Positions 11,601-25,826 of a stretch of DNA of 64,000 nt are shown here, piece after piece (position 1 is the first letter of the stretch; each line of letters begins with the position of its first letter). This DNA comes from Cenococcum geophilum (lineage: Eukaryota), in NCBI GenBank assembly GCA_050273025.1, contig CP158635.1, positions 19,034,001 to 19,098,000 of the forward strand, given 5' to 3'. Under the pieces are notes generated by a model. The model was not told the DNA's origin. It was given only the letters and a program-made list of their open reading frames with translations, and searched no databases. The translations under genes were made by a program, and so were the position numbers.

Positions 11601-14600
11601 ATGTTAAAGGATCTAAAGGAACAATTAGAGAACTAGAGAAGTAAGAGACGCATCTTAGTACCTATAAACAAAGTTATAACGTTTAGATTAGCACGATAAA
11701 GGTTTAAACTTAAAGATAAAGACAAGTTAAGAGTTAACCTAAAGCACCTAGTATACTATACACTATTATAGATTATATACGTGGACGATATATATAAAAT
11801 GTATAAAAATCTAAAGGAAAAGAATTGGAAATACCCTATAAGGATATACTAGATAACGGATAAGTAATAGTATAGAAATGCTAAATATATACACAGATAG
11901 CATCTAGCAGAGGTCTAAAAGGAAGGAAATTTAATACTTTAGCTAAGAAGATTCCTTACAGAAGAATACTTAAATGGATAATAGTAGTGGGAATACCTAG
12001 AGAATATATATCTATAGTATATTAAAGATAAAAAGCGAACTAGGCATTAGCTAAAGAGTAAGCTAAGTATATAAGGATTAAGCAGCCAATAGTTGGGAAA
12101 AGTAAAGGCCTATAGAACTAGAGGGAGCTAGTAGTAGAGCCTTAGACCCTTAAAGGAATTTAAGGATAACACCTAAATTTATAAGTAAAATAGCAAGATT
12201 AATAATTTAAAGCGCTAATAGATAGTGGAGTAACGCGAAACTATATCTTACTAGTAGTAGTTAAGAGAATAGGGTTACCTTATAGATAGAAGGAGTAACC
12301 TTACCTATTAGTTATAATTTTAGGAGATCTAATAGCCTATAGAGAAGGGATTATTAATCTTAAAACAGGACCTATTTAGATAACTATTAAAGGAAGACAA
12401 ATTAAGATGTCTTTTAATATCCTACTATTAGGACAGAATAAGGCAGTATTAGGGATGCCTTAGTTATAGGAATACAATCTAAGGATTAATTAGATTATAG
12501 GTTAGGTTAATATTAGAGATACTTAACACTATAAGATGTAATAGCAAACTAAGTTAGTATAATACTAAGTTAGAGCAACATACAAAAAGACTAAGTAAGG
12601 CTTAAGTTATATACCAAAGAGATACCACAAGTATAGCAAGAAACTATAGTTACTAGAAAGTAAAAGGCTAGCAGATTATGCAGTATAGGACTATAAGATA
12701 AAATTGGAACTAGAAATAAGTCTAAGGTTCTTTTTAATCTATAAGCTTACTAAAGAAGAAGGTAAAGCATTAAAAGAGTTTATTTAGGAAAACTTATAAA
12801 AGGGATATATTAGACTATTATAGTTATTAGCGGGTTATCTAGTACTTTTTGTACTAAAGAAAAATAGCAAACTAAGGCTGTGTATTAACTATAGATAGTT
12901 AAATAGCATTACTAGGAAGGATAGGTATCCTTTACCCTTAATTAGCGAAATCTAAGATAGGATAGGCAACGCGCAAATCTTTATAAAAATAGATCTAAGA
13001 TAGGCGTACCGTTAGATTAGGATTAAGGAAGGCAATAAATAAAAGGTAGCCTTTAAGTTAAAGGAAGGACTATATAAACCATTAGTTATACAATTTAGGC
13101 TTATAAACGCACTAGTAACGTTCTAAAAGCGTATTAACAATATATTAAGAGAATACTTAGATGAATTTGTTATAGTATACCTTAACGACATTATTATCTA
13201 CTTAATAACTAAGGAAGAATATAGGGAACACGTTAAATGGGTTTTAAAGAGACTATAAAAAGAACAGATACTAGTAGCAATTAAGAAATGCGAGTTCTTT
13301 ACTAGAAAGACCGATTTTGTTAGATTTATTATTAAACTAGGCCAACTTAGCATAGATCTAAAGAAGATTAAGGCTATAGTGAATTAGTAAGAACTAGAGA
13401 ATGTTATATAGTTAAGGTTATTTCTAAGGTTTTGCAATTACTATAGAAGGTTTATAGTATAATAGTTAAAGGATATTAAGCTATTTACGCGATTAATAAA
13501 GAAAGAAGAACTATAGGCATAGGGAAAGAAACAGTAAGAGCTATTTAAGAAAGTTAAAGGGTTATTTACCTAGGAGCTAGTTCTTAAAATCTACTAACTA
13601 GGACTAGAGACGGTTATAGAAACGGATGTATTAGACTTTATACTAGGGGCATACTTTATATAAAAATATTAAGATAGATGGCACCTAGTAGCATACTATA
13701 GTTGGAAGATAATACCACTAGAGTTAAACTATAACATCTACAACAAGGAGTTATTAGGTATAGTTATAATACTTAAAAAATAGAAAGCATTCTTATAAGG
13801 CATAGAGAAACTATTTATAGTTAAGATAGATTATAAAAACCTAATAGGATTCCTAATAATAAAGGAACTTAACTAAAGATAGGTTAAATAGGCAGAGATG
13901 CTTACGGAATACCATTTTAAGATTTAGTATACTAAGGGTACAGACAATACACGAGCAGATACTCTAAGTTAAAAAGCTAAACTACAAAATAATAAAAAGC
14001 TATTAGGGGCTTTACTGCGAAAAGACATAGACAGATTAATTAAGTATAATTATCCAAAAATTATAGCAACTTAAGAAGAACTAGATAAGGTCTATAAGAC
14101 ACTAAAAAGCTTTTAGGTATAAAGAATTCTAAAAGCATAGCTAGAAGATCTATAAACGGATATATACGAAAATTAAGAAGTAAAGTACATCCTAAGAAGT
14201 ATAGCAGAGCATTTTATAGAAGATTTCTATAAAGGAATGACTTAAGGACATAATAAAGCCACGGGCTTAGTGTCGAGACTCTAGGAGGAGTATATTATTA
14301 ATGGAATCTAAAATATCATAAGAAAAGTTATAAAGGAGTGTTTAGATTGCTAAAGGAATAAACTAATAAGGCATAAGCTATATAGAGGGCTACAACCTAT
14401 TAAAATACTAGAAAGACCATAGGAGGTTATATTATAGGATTTTATTATTAAGTTACTAAAGTTAAGAGATCCTATTACCAGACAAGATTATAACGCGATC
14501 TTAGTAATAGTAGACAAGCTTATAAAGTGGGGGTACTTTATAGCATATATAGAAGAAATCTTAGCGGAGGATATTACTAGAATCTATATTAAAGAAGTGT

Positions 14601-16622
14601 TTATAAGATATAGAGTACTAAGTAAAATTATATTGGATAGAGATCTAAGATTCATAACAGTATTCTAGGAAGTATTTTTAGCAGAATAAGAAGTTTAAGC
14701 AGCAACTTTTACCGCGTATTATCTGCAGATAGACGGTTAAACAAAAAGATTAAATTAGACGCTAGAGTAGTATCTAAGGCATTATATTAATTATGTATAA
14801 AACAATTAGGTATCGCTATTACTAGTTATATAGTTTGCATACAATGCAACACCTTAAGAAGGAATAGGCATATTACTATTTAAGGCGAATTATAGATATA
14901 AGCCAAGAATATCGTTATTACTATAGTAAGTAAAGAAAATAAGTAGCACAGCTAAAGAAAGAATAAAGACGTTAATAAATCTTTATATAAACCTTATAAA
15001 ATTAGCAAAAAAAGTATAAGAGAGAATAAAAAAGTACTATAATGCTAAAAGATCTAAGGGACTAGATCTTAAGGAGGGAGATAAAGTGTGGCTACTATAT
15101 AAAAATTTTAAGAGTTAATAACTAAGTAAGAAGTTAGACTATATTAGACTAGGACCTTTTAAAATTATATAAAGGATTTTACTAGTTATATTTAAGTTAA
15201 ACCTACCAGCTAAGATAAAGATCTACCCTATATAGTATATTATAATACTAGAGCTAGTATACGGGAATATTAAACCGCTAGTTTATAAAGTAGACATATA
15301 TAAAGAACAGGAAGAAGATAAATAGCAAGTTTTAAAGATTATTAGTTATAAGGACGTTGATAATAAAACATAGTATAAGGTTAAGTGGATAGGCTATACT
15401 AAGACTACCTAGAAGCTACTAAAGAATTTAAAGAACGCTATAAGAAAGGTATAGGAGTATTAGAGGAGATTAGGTTAGGCAGCATTAATAAAAAAGGATC
15501 GCTAAAGAATAAGTCACCTAAGGGGGACCTAAGAAGAGTAGTTACCGAACTACTTAAATCTGTTTCCTTCCCTATTAGAAAAAAATCCATTCTTTTATTA
15601 CTAAGTTTCTATAAACCTTATTTTATAAGTTTCTACTTCTTAAAATAAACCTTCTTATAAACCTTTTTAAGACGGAGTAACTAAGTAAACGCCGCGATCT
15701 GGGTATCTAGGGCCTTCTATTCCGCGTTATAAGAATATTCTAACTTAGTAAGGGCTTAAGACAGTTTACTATCTAGCCGCGTAGCAGCAGATTAAATATA
15801 AGACCCTAAAATAAATTAATTAGGGAACCAGACAACTATTAAGAGTAATAGGTCGCGTATATTTAGTATTAAAAGTAGAGTAAACGTTACAGGACGAATA
15901 AATATTTACTTTAGTGCACTTTAAATAGGAAGACGGTTATTACGAAGACGGGTTCGCCAACGTAATATAGACTAACCCCTCTTTTAAACAACAAGAATAT
16001 GGAGACAGCATAATCTCACTAAGAGATAGTATTGTAGTAACAGTATAAGCACAACGTTGGGCGTATAAAGAAGAAATTGCTTTAGGTATAATAAGTAATA
16101 ATATTAACTAAATTAATTAGACGGATATTATACCTCTAGTAAATAACTTAGAGATATTTTAAATCTTTAAGGACGAAGATAAAGAGGAGGGAGATGGTAT
16201 TATGGACGCTTTAAGTACAATATTATAACTACTTAGAGAAGAGACGGAAGAAGCTAGTTAGTTAATTTAGGCATGGTCTAAAATAGAGCCAATAGAACTA
16301 TATAACAAGAAATAGTAACTAAGATTATATAATGTGCTACGTATTAAACGAGAGGTATAGGAGGAACTTACGTACCTTATATATAAGACGTATATTATAT
16401 AAAAGAAGGATTTTATAGGAGTACGGTTGTGTATTTAAGGACCCTTAGTCCCTACCTAGATAGTTCCTTCCTTATAGTGATTCTTAGAATACAATTGGAG
16501 TTAATCTATTAGGCAACTACTCCACCAGTTATTATTACGTTGTTGACTTTTATACTTGCATTTCCTACACACCTAGCCTATTAACAAGCCTATCGTAGTT
16601 CCTGCTACAAGGTTCCATTACA
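8675..16622 (+). mobile_element. Ty3/Gypsy LTR retrotransposon B (7.9 kb, RIP-inactivated), nested in A
   Basis: 425-bp LTRs at 8675-9099 and 16198-16622; TSD attta; PPT before 16198. Degenerate gag with CCHC knuckle (~10150-10190), protease, RT (YLND from YLDD, ~13178), RNase H, integrase, chromodomain. Confidence 0.93.
15560..16088 (-). pseudogene. RIP-degenerate antisense ORF in element B with a Zn(II)2Cys6-like motif (boundaries approximate)
   Basis: Minus strand from 16011: MLSPYSCCLKEGLVYITLANPSS**PSSYLKCTKVNIYSSCNV. Reverting three TAT codons to TGT gives C-x2-C-x6-C-x13-C-x2-C-x8-C. Confidence 0.55.
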
Positions 16623-19148
16623 ATTTATCTAGGTAATTAAAAAGAATGTTATTTATATGCCTTTAGTATATAGCTAGTCCGTTTATTAGTCTAAAAGAAA
16701 GAACTTTATATTTATAGGAACTATAATAGGTATAAAACGTTATTAAATCTTTAAATGCGGGGTTTATCCTAATTCGGTAGAAAGCTTAACAGATATTAAG
16801 TTTGGTAAAGATCTTTACCTAGCTTAAATGTATAAGGGTCTTATTAATTAAAGGAATAGAATACTAATCCTTTAAAGTAATAGCGTTTAGCTTTTAATAG
16901 TTAATATAAAAGCAAAGGCCTTTATTAGGCTTTTTTATAAACAGGATAGGAGAAGTAAAAGGGGCTTAACTTAACTTAATAAACCCTTTATCTAGGTTAT
17001 CAATTAAGTACTACTTTATTACTTTTAGCTTATCTATTAATTATTAGTAAAGGGGGCTATAACCTAGCAAGTTATTAGCTTCTAATTAAATCTTATAATC
17101 GTACGTCTGGTAAAAGGGTAACTTATCTAAAGCCGCCCTTAAGAATGCATCCTTATAATTTATATAGATAGTAGAAAGGAGGTGTTTAACTAGTTCCTTA
17201 TTAGTTTCCTTAGCTAGCTCTTTCTCCCTATTATTAATAATTTGGTTAATCTTATATAGGCTTATTATAAAGGCCTTATTGTCCTTTCGGTATATATTAA
17301 AGTAAAATACTATAGCGTTAATTACGGCAATATCTCTAGTGGAGGGGTTATATAATAATAGGGGCGTATATAGCTTTAGGGACTTTTAGGGTACTAGCGT
17401 TATTATTACTCCTTTTAGCTCCTATTGCATCTTCTAGAGGTTATCCTTTATATCCTATTAATGCGTTCTTTTCTATACCGGTTAAATCCACGCGATTTAG
17501 ACGTTATCTATATTACTATTTATCCTGCTTTCGTATATAGAGTCTTTTTTAAATATAGCGCTTTAGAAGAGTATCTTTATTAGTATAGAGTTCTTTCTAG
17601 CTTTATAGCGGGCGTCTTCTTAAGTAAAGGCTAGGTTACGGGCCTGGATATCCTACTAGTAGGTAAGGTTAGCCCTTACGGCTAGTGTCTTACGGTTAGT
17701 TTAGATTTCCCTAATAAAAGAGGGTAACTTTAGTCTATCCTCTAGCCAAATAAACTGTTATTATAATATATTTAGCTAAATATTAAAATAGGATATCTAT
17801 TTTTATCTAAGGATTATATTATAGGACCCTAGGTCTAGGATATAAAAAGGGATACTATATTAGCGTCGTCCGTTAAGAGTAATATATAACTTTAAGACGT
17901 AGGTAACCGGCTAACTGGCTTAGCTGTTATAGCCTTTTACCTAAATAGGCTTCTCTAGTCGGATAGCTTCTATATTTAAAAACTTAGTAATATTATTTAT
18001 ATAAACAGTATTTATAAAGGTAAAGCTATTTGCTCTAGTATTAATTAGGGCGGTTATATTAACTTTATATCTATTTTAAGATACTATATATAGAACTATA
18101 AAATACTTTCCACCTATTAACTAACTAAGATTAATCTCTTTAAGATTAATAGGGTACTTTAGGGGAGAGTCTTTCCCTAGGGTCCTTTTTTTCCTAACTC
18201 GTTAGACGTTTCTCCTTCCTCTATCTCCTTAATATTGCCTATATCCTTTAGCTCTAGGCAAGATAAGGTAAAGTAACCCTCCTTATTATAGTTGTAGTAT
18301 ATAGCTAAGGTAGGGTTAATTAAAGTATTATAATAAGTACTAATTAATGGCGTAGTATATAGCTAGTCAGGCGAGGCTCGCTAGTGCGTAGTTATAACCG
18401 CTTTTAGTATAAAAGTGGTTATAGCTTATCTTCTTACTCTAGCTCCTATAAGTATAGCTAATAAGCTTTAATCGCTATAGGGTTACTTCTACTAATTAGG
18501 GCGAGTATTAATTTGCTTTAGTTCTAAATCTAATAATAGGTAATAAGTTATAAGTCTATTATAAGTTAATAGGTTATCTAAGGTTATAGCAATCTTCTCT
18601 TATAGCCGGATTATTAGCTTATTATATAGGTCTAATTAGTAATTCTTAAGGGGAACCTAGCCTTCTTCCGTAAAGTATAGGAATTAAGTCTAGAATTTAG
18701 TAAAGGGTTAGTTTGGTTTTATTATTAAGCAATTATAGTTATACTAGGCGTCCTATACCTTATTTAGGTTAATATAGATAGCTGCTAGGTACCGTATTAT
18801 CTTATTAATAGATATAAATTAGATAGGGGACTTATCCTTAAACTTAGCTTAAAGGTACCGTTAGGTATCCCCAGTAGTTTAACTAAAGAGGTAGAGTATT
18901 TTAGCTTCTTTAGAAAGGAAATAGTTATAGTTAATACGGAGCTTTTCTTATACTTAAATTCTCTAATTTTTAAAGGTAGGGTCTATCCCGTTACATAGTG
19001 GTAAGGGGTTAAAAAGCTTAACGGACTTTAATTACTTTATTATTATATCCGTACTCTCTAGTATATCATATTTAGTAAAGTAAATAGGTTAGCTAGGACT
19101 TTAAGAAGGGGAAGCTAAAATATTTTATAGGGCCGTAAGGCTTTCTAG

Positions 19149-22100
19149 TGTCACGGAACACCCCCGTAACACCTTGCACACATCTACCTATTTCCACCAA
19201 CTTAGCAATTAGAGACTAACTGCGAAATAGCAATTTAACGGTAATCTGATAGCAATCTAACGGCAATCTACGGCATTCTACTATATTCTGCTAAGTTCTA
19301 CTAAATTCTGCTAAGTTTTGCTAGGACTATAACCTAAACCCTATTCTGCCCATATATGTATTAACTAAGTAACTAAGTTAACAATATATGCCCTTTCTTC
19401 CCATTTTCCTACCTTCTTTTCTTACGTAACGTCTTAACCTCCTTATACAGTTTATATATATAGCTTAATAATATCTACCTTACTATATATTATCGTCGCT
19501 TATACTTACTCTATAACACTATATTACGTTAACTACCTATACTATTATTAATATGCAGAACGAACCTAAAGCCCCTATAACGGCCGCCAGTATTATATCC
19601 GCACTCTAAGAATAATTAGTAGGGATATAAAAGTCTTTTATAGACGCCCTTAAACAAAACTAAGCCACTTTAAATTAATAATAAGCTAAATAAGAAGCAC
19701 GATACTAGTAATTAAGGACCTCTAAGAAGTCCGCGCCCTTAAGATGCCTACGCTAGAACCTTAAGACTAAACGCTATCTCTAGAGATAAATACGTGGAAC
19801 GCGAGCCCTAAACCTATAGTAGCTACTTACCCTAAGCTAACCACTATATTAAAACGATCTAAATAACTACTAGATCCCCTAGTATTTACTAGTAAATAAT
19901 AAAAGCTCTAATTATTTCTAAGCTAGCTTAAAAATAAGCTAACTGGTAACGCTAACTGTTACCTAACTAAAGCTAACCCTAAGTTAACTAGAAGAAGATA
20001 TAGCTAACCTTATTAAACCGCTTTAGCCAAACTTAGTATAAAGCCTAGTTGTACTTTTTAAAGCTATATATGGTAACCTAAACCGCTAAGCTACTACTTA
20101 AAAAAAGATAAACTACATAACTTAAGGAACGAAAAGTTTCCCAGTATACTTCTCCAAATTTAACCGTTATATAAAGGAAATAGGCTAGAACGACTCTATA
20201 CTAATTAATAGCCTTATTAAATCCCTAAGCCCTAAACTAAAAATCTCCCTAATAGGCGTAGACCTACTAGGAGCCCTTAATGCCTATATAAACGTTATTA
20301 ATAAATAATATAATAATATACTACGCCTAATACTAAAGCCCGCTCTATAATATAATACGGCAACCCTATAAATATCTACTAAGTTATTATCTCAGCCTAA
20401 GCACCCTAACGCTATAGATATTAATACTAGGACCCTAGGGTACGCCCTACTAGGGTCCTCTAAATGAGAACAACGTATTAAGCTAGGCCTCTACTTTAAA
20501 TATAGAAGTAGCTCTTACCTCTCTAACTACTACTCCGTCCCTATACCTAAACACAAATTATAAATAGCTAATACTAGCAGCCGTTTACCGTATTAATCTT
20601 CCGGTTACTATCCCTAATCTTTATCTAGTTCTAGCCCTATATCCAGTAAGCACTATTTATAAAAACAAAGCTATAGCTAACGTTCTATAAGAACCCTACC
20701 CCGATTACCTCTAAAAGGAAGGTCTTAGAGCTAAGTCGCTCTCTAGGACAGCTCTACTATAGGATCTTATTAAACGCATTTAACGTTACGAACTCTAACT
20801 CTTAGGACTATAGTATAACCATTAACTGCCGTCTTTAGTAGAATAGTTAATAGGCTAACGCTTAAATCCTAATTAATATAGGAGCTAGCGGCATAGGATT
20901 TATTAATAAGATCTTTATATAAGATAATAGTTTTACCCTAACCCCCCTTAACCGGCATATTAACGTATTTAGATTTAATAGCAAACGCACCGTCTTAGGC
21001 TATATTACCTATGTAGTATTCCTAAGACTCTAATACCTAAACCATAAAGAATTAATTAAACTTTTCGTTACTACCCTAGGTTACTTAGTAATCCTTAAAC
21101 AACCCTAGATAAAGCTATATAAGGTAACTATTAATTAAAATAACCTTAAGCTTCTATTTACCACCTCCCGTTATAAGCAGAAGTGCCTTATAACTCGCTA
21201 CTTAGACCTAGAAATTCTAGCCTACCTAGGGAAACGAGCAAGAGAAAAGATACTAAAACAGTGGAAAAACAATTGGCAACAGAATAAAAGCAAAGGAAAA
21301 CACTATACTAGAATCTGTAAAGGAAACTACCCTTTCTCTTTTAAAGCTACTAAGGATAAATATCCTAAAAAGCTACAATTAGCTTTCTTTCAACTAAAAC
21401 TAGGAAAAGGCTTCTTTAAATCCTTTTCTAAAACAATAGGGAAGGATAAAGAAGGTGGATGCTTTAAGGACTGTACCGCGGTACAAACCCCTACGCACCT
21501 CTTACTAGAATGCAGACTACATTAGGAAGATAGAAAGGAAATGCAAAGACAAATAGGCTCTTCTCTCTCCTTAGAGAAGCTTTTTTATACAAAGAAAGGA
21601 AGAAGGGCGCTTTTTCTATTCTTAAGTAGGACAAAAATAGCTACTAAGAAGTGGCTAAGAGTAGAAGGATCTCTAGAAGGAGGCAACTCCTACTAAAGTC
21701 CTAGTAGATAGACTATAGAAAGCAAAAGGACAGAAATAAACTATAAAAAGGACAGGGACAGGCGTTAGGATTATTTATAATTTTATTCCAATTTTTTCTA
21801 TTATTTTCCTATCGTTTTCTTACTACCTAATAGTTGTTAGCAACCTAGTATCTTACTAGGAAGCTGTAAATCCCTAGTTTAGGGATTTATAAACTACTAG
21901 GACATAGCTACTAGTACATATTAAGCTGCCTAGAAAGGATTTATATATATAGAACTATAGCGCTATAGCCTAGAGGCTGCATGCGCAGTATTGTACGTAG
22001 TATAATATAACGGATATAAAAATAAAAAAAAATAAAAAAAGACCCAGAACTAAAATCTAAATAATCCACTATAATCCACCAGTTTAAAATTTTTATAACT

Positions 22101-25100
22101 ATCTACCCCGTACCCAAGGAATCCACTAGATTCCACTAAATTCTATAAGTTATTACTAAGCACTGCACCGCCCCAAGCTAAGCAAAAGCTCTATACACAA
22201 AAATACCAAAAGGACTAGTATTCTACTATAAAAAGGATTCTTAAAGAACCCGAACCTAAATTTAATACTAACTCTATACCTAATACCGAACCTAAACCTA
22301 AATAAAAAACTATGGATAATCTAAGTAAGCTCGGTACCCTAGATATCCGTATAATTAGAGCTACCCCGCTAGCGCAACTTGCTAAGAAACCCGAGTATAC
22401 AATCTTCGCTATTACAATGGCCAATATTAAGAAGGCCTTAGCACTAAAGAAGCATACTAACCCTGCCACGAAGGTACTAATAGAGTATTATTATTGCCTA
22501 GATGCATTCTTATAAAAGGAAGCTAATAAGCTACTAGAATACTAACTATACAACTATAAGATTATACTTAAAGAAGGAAAGTAGCCTAGATTCAGACCCT
22601 TATATAGGATATCCTAAAATAAACTCTAAGTGCTATAAAAGTATTTAAATAAGAACCTAAGTAAAGGATTTATTAGAGTAAGCTTATCGCCTATAGCCGT
22701 ACTAGTGATCTTCGTTAAGAAACCTAGTGGCGGTTTACGCTTCTATATAGACTACTAAGCTCTTAACGCCGTTACCGTTAAAAACTAATATCTAATCCCG
22801 TTAATATAAGAGACGCTAAACTAACTAAGTAAGGCTTATTACTATATAAAGCTTAATATTATCTTTGTATTTAACCGCCTTTATATTATAAAAGGGGATA
22901 AATAGCTTACTATATTTTATACCCAATATAGATTATTTAAGTACTTAGTAATACCCTTTAGCCTTATAAACGCTTTAAGCTCGTTTTAACATTATATAAA
23001 TAATACCCTACGCCCCTACCTAGATATCTTCTATACTGCTTATATTAACAATATCCTAATATATAGTAATAACCTAACCAAATATTAGAAATACGTTAAC
23101 CTTATCCTATAAGCCCTATACGGAGCTAGTCTATAATTAGATATAGATAAATATAAGTTTTATAAAACGGAAGTCTTATACCTTAGACTCCTTATTTTTA
23201 TAAACGGTATATAAATAGACCTAAAAAAAGTTGAAGTAATTATAAACTGGTAAGAACCCAAGAACGTTAAGGACGTAAGAGCCTTTATAGGATTTGCTAA
23301 TTTCTACTAATGGTTTATTAATAACTTCTCTGCCCTAGTTTTACCCCTTATAGCTCTAACCTAAAAGGATAAAGTCTTTATCTTTAATAAGGAATATAAG
23401 AAGGCTTTTACCTATTTAAAGGTTATATTTACTACTACGCTTATACTTTAATACTTTAACCTAAACCGAATAAGTATTATAGAAGCCGACTTATCTAACT
23501 ACGTTATTAAAGGCATCCTATCTTAATATAACGAGGATAGAGTATTGTACCCTATAGCATACTTCTTAAAATAACTAAGCCTAGCCGAATATAACTACGA
23601 GATCTACAATAAGGAATTATTAGCTATTATTAGATATTTTAAATAATGGCGACCTAAACTAGAAGGCGCTAGATTTCTAATTAAGGTCCTTAGCGACTAT
23701 AAGAACCTATAGTACTTTATAACTATAAAATAGCTAAGTTATTATTAGGCCCGCTAGTTAGAATATCTATCTTATTTCTAATTCTTAATTACGTATTGCT
23801 TAAGCGTCTAAGGCTAGAAGCCTAATGCCCTAACCTAACGCTCGTAAGACGCGCTAGCCCTAAAAGAAGCGCGCTCTTACTAAAATTAAACCCTACTTCG
23901 TCCTAAACTATTTAACCCTCCTACTAAAGATTTTACGGTATACGTCCTTAAAATAACTAATTAATTAATTAAATAAATTATAGTTAATAAATACCTAAAT
24001 AATAAGTTTATTTAAAAGACGCTTAAGCTAATATAAGATAGCATTAGACGCTCTAAAAAGATTTCTTTAAGTAAATATAAAGCCCGCGGAAACCGCTTAT
24101 ATTACTAGAACTATCTAGTTATCCCTAATTATAATAAGCTTAAGCTTAAACTCCTTAAACACGTATATAATCTACCTGTCGCTAGCCACCTAGGCTAAGG
24201 AAAACCCCTAAAACTACTCTAACGGGAGTATTATTGGCTAAATATATATAATATAATATAAAGGTACGTCTCTAGCTGCTATATCTACCAATAAGCTAAA
24301 GCCTTACATAAGACATATAACGGTCTTTTAAAGCTACTACCTATTCCAAACCAAAGATAGAAGGATATCTTAATTAACTTTATTATTAACCTTCCTAAGA
24401 GTAAAGGTTATATAAACATTATAGTAGTTATAGACCGACTATCTAAAATAAGATATTTAATCGCCTGCCCTAATATATTAACGCCTACTATCGCCTAACT
24501 ATTCCTAAATTATATATAGAAACTCCATAGACTCCCTAAAACGATTATCTCTAATAAAGGCAACTAGTTTATTTTAGCATTCTAGAAAGAACTAACTACT
24601 TAACTCCATATTAAAGGACTATTATTTACTACGTATTACCTAAAAACGGATAGCTAAACAGAACGCGTAAATACCATAATAGAATAGTATATTTAGATAT
24701 ACACGTTATATTTATAGGATAACTAGATTAACTGGCTTGCATTTACTAAGTTTACTATAAATAATTCCGTCTCAGAAACTATAAAAGTCTCCCCATTCCT
24801 AGCTAATTATAGCTAGTACCCACAAATGGGTTTTAAACCCTTTAGTAATGTTCCTTACCCTACTTATTACGCCTTATAAGTTATAAAAGCAAATAAATTT
24901 ATAGAGAAGATAGAGGAACTATAATAGTTCCTTACTAATAAGATAATATGGGCTTAATCTGTCTATAAAGCTAAAGTAAATAAGAAATAAACACTAGCAC
25001 TAGTCTACTAAATTAGTAATTTTGTCTAGCTAGATATAAGAAATCTAAATACAAAACGACCTACTAAGAAACTTAATTAGAAGAACGCTAGCCCTTATAA

Positions 25101-25826
25101 GGTTAAAAAGGTTATTTCTCCTTATGCCTACTAACTAAAGCTCCCTAATACGGTTAAAATCCACCCCGTATTCTATACGTTAGTCCTCTACCCTACTACC
25201 CCTATATTAAACGCCCTGCTTAGACAGATATAAGACCCTCCCCTATTAGTTAAAGTGGATGGTGAGAACAAGTACTTTATTAAAAGAATTAATAATATTA
25301 AGTACGATAAACGGAAATACTAATATATATATCTTACGAAATAAAGAGGCTTTACTAAGTCTTTATAGAAACCCATTAACTTTATAGAACTTATATAAGC
25401 TATAAAAGACTTTTATAAACTCTATCTAGAACTACTACAGCCCTATCTTATAGAAGCTTAAGTTTAAAGGGGGGGTATTATTACGGGACACCCCTATAAC
25501 ACCTTACACACGTCTACCTATTTCCACCAACTTAGCAATTAGAGACTAACCGCGAAATGGCAATCTAACGGCAATCTACGGCATTCTGCTATATTCTGCT
25601 AAGTTCCACCAAATTCTGCTAAGTTTTGCTAAGACTATAACCTAAACCCTATTCTGCCTATATACGTATTAACTAAGCAACTAAGTCAACAATATATGCC
25701 CTTTCTTCCCGTTTTCCTACCTTCTTTCCTTACGTAACGTCTTAACCTCCTTACACAGTTCATGTATATAGCTTAATAATATCTACCTTGCTATATATTA
25801 TCGTCGCTTATACTCACTCCGTAATA
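19149..25826 (+). mobile_element. Ty3/Gypsy LTR retrotransposon C (RIP-inactivated), nested in gag of A
   Basis: LTRs at 19149-19518 and 25479-25826, differing by two 11-bp repeat units; TSD tctag; PPT aaaggggggg. Degenerate gag, PR, RT, RH, IN, chromodomain. Confidence 0.92.
21214..22039 (+). mobile_element. 5'-truncated LINE inserted in element C
   Basis: Encodes ...LAFFQLKLGKGFFKSF...GCFKDCTAVQTPTHLLLEC (LINE CCHC). A-rich tail at ~22017-22039. TSD agacctagaa (21204-21213) / agacccagaa (22040-22049). Confidence 0.85.
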
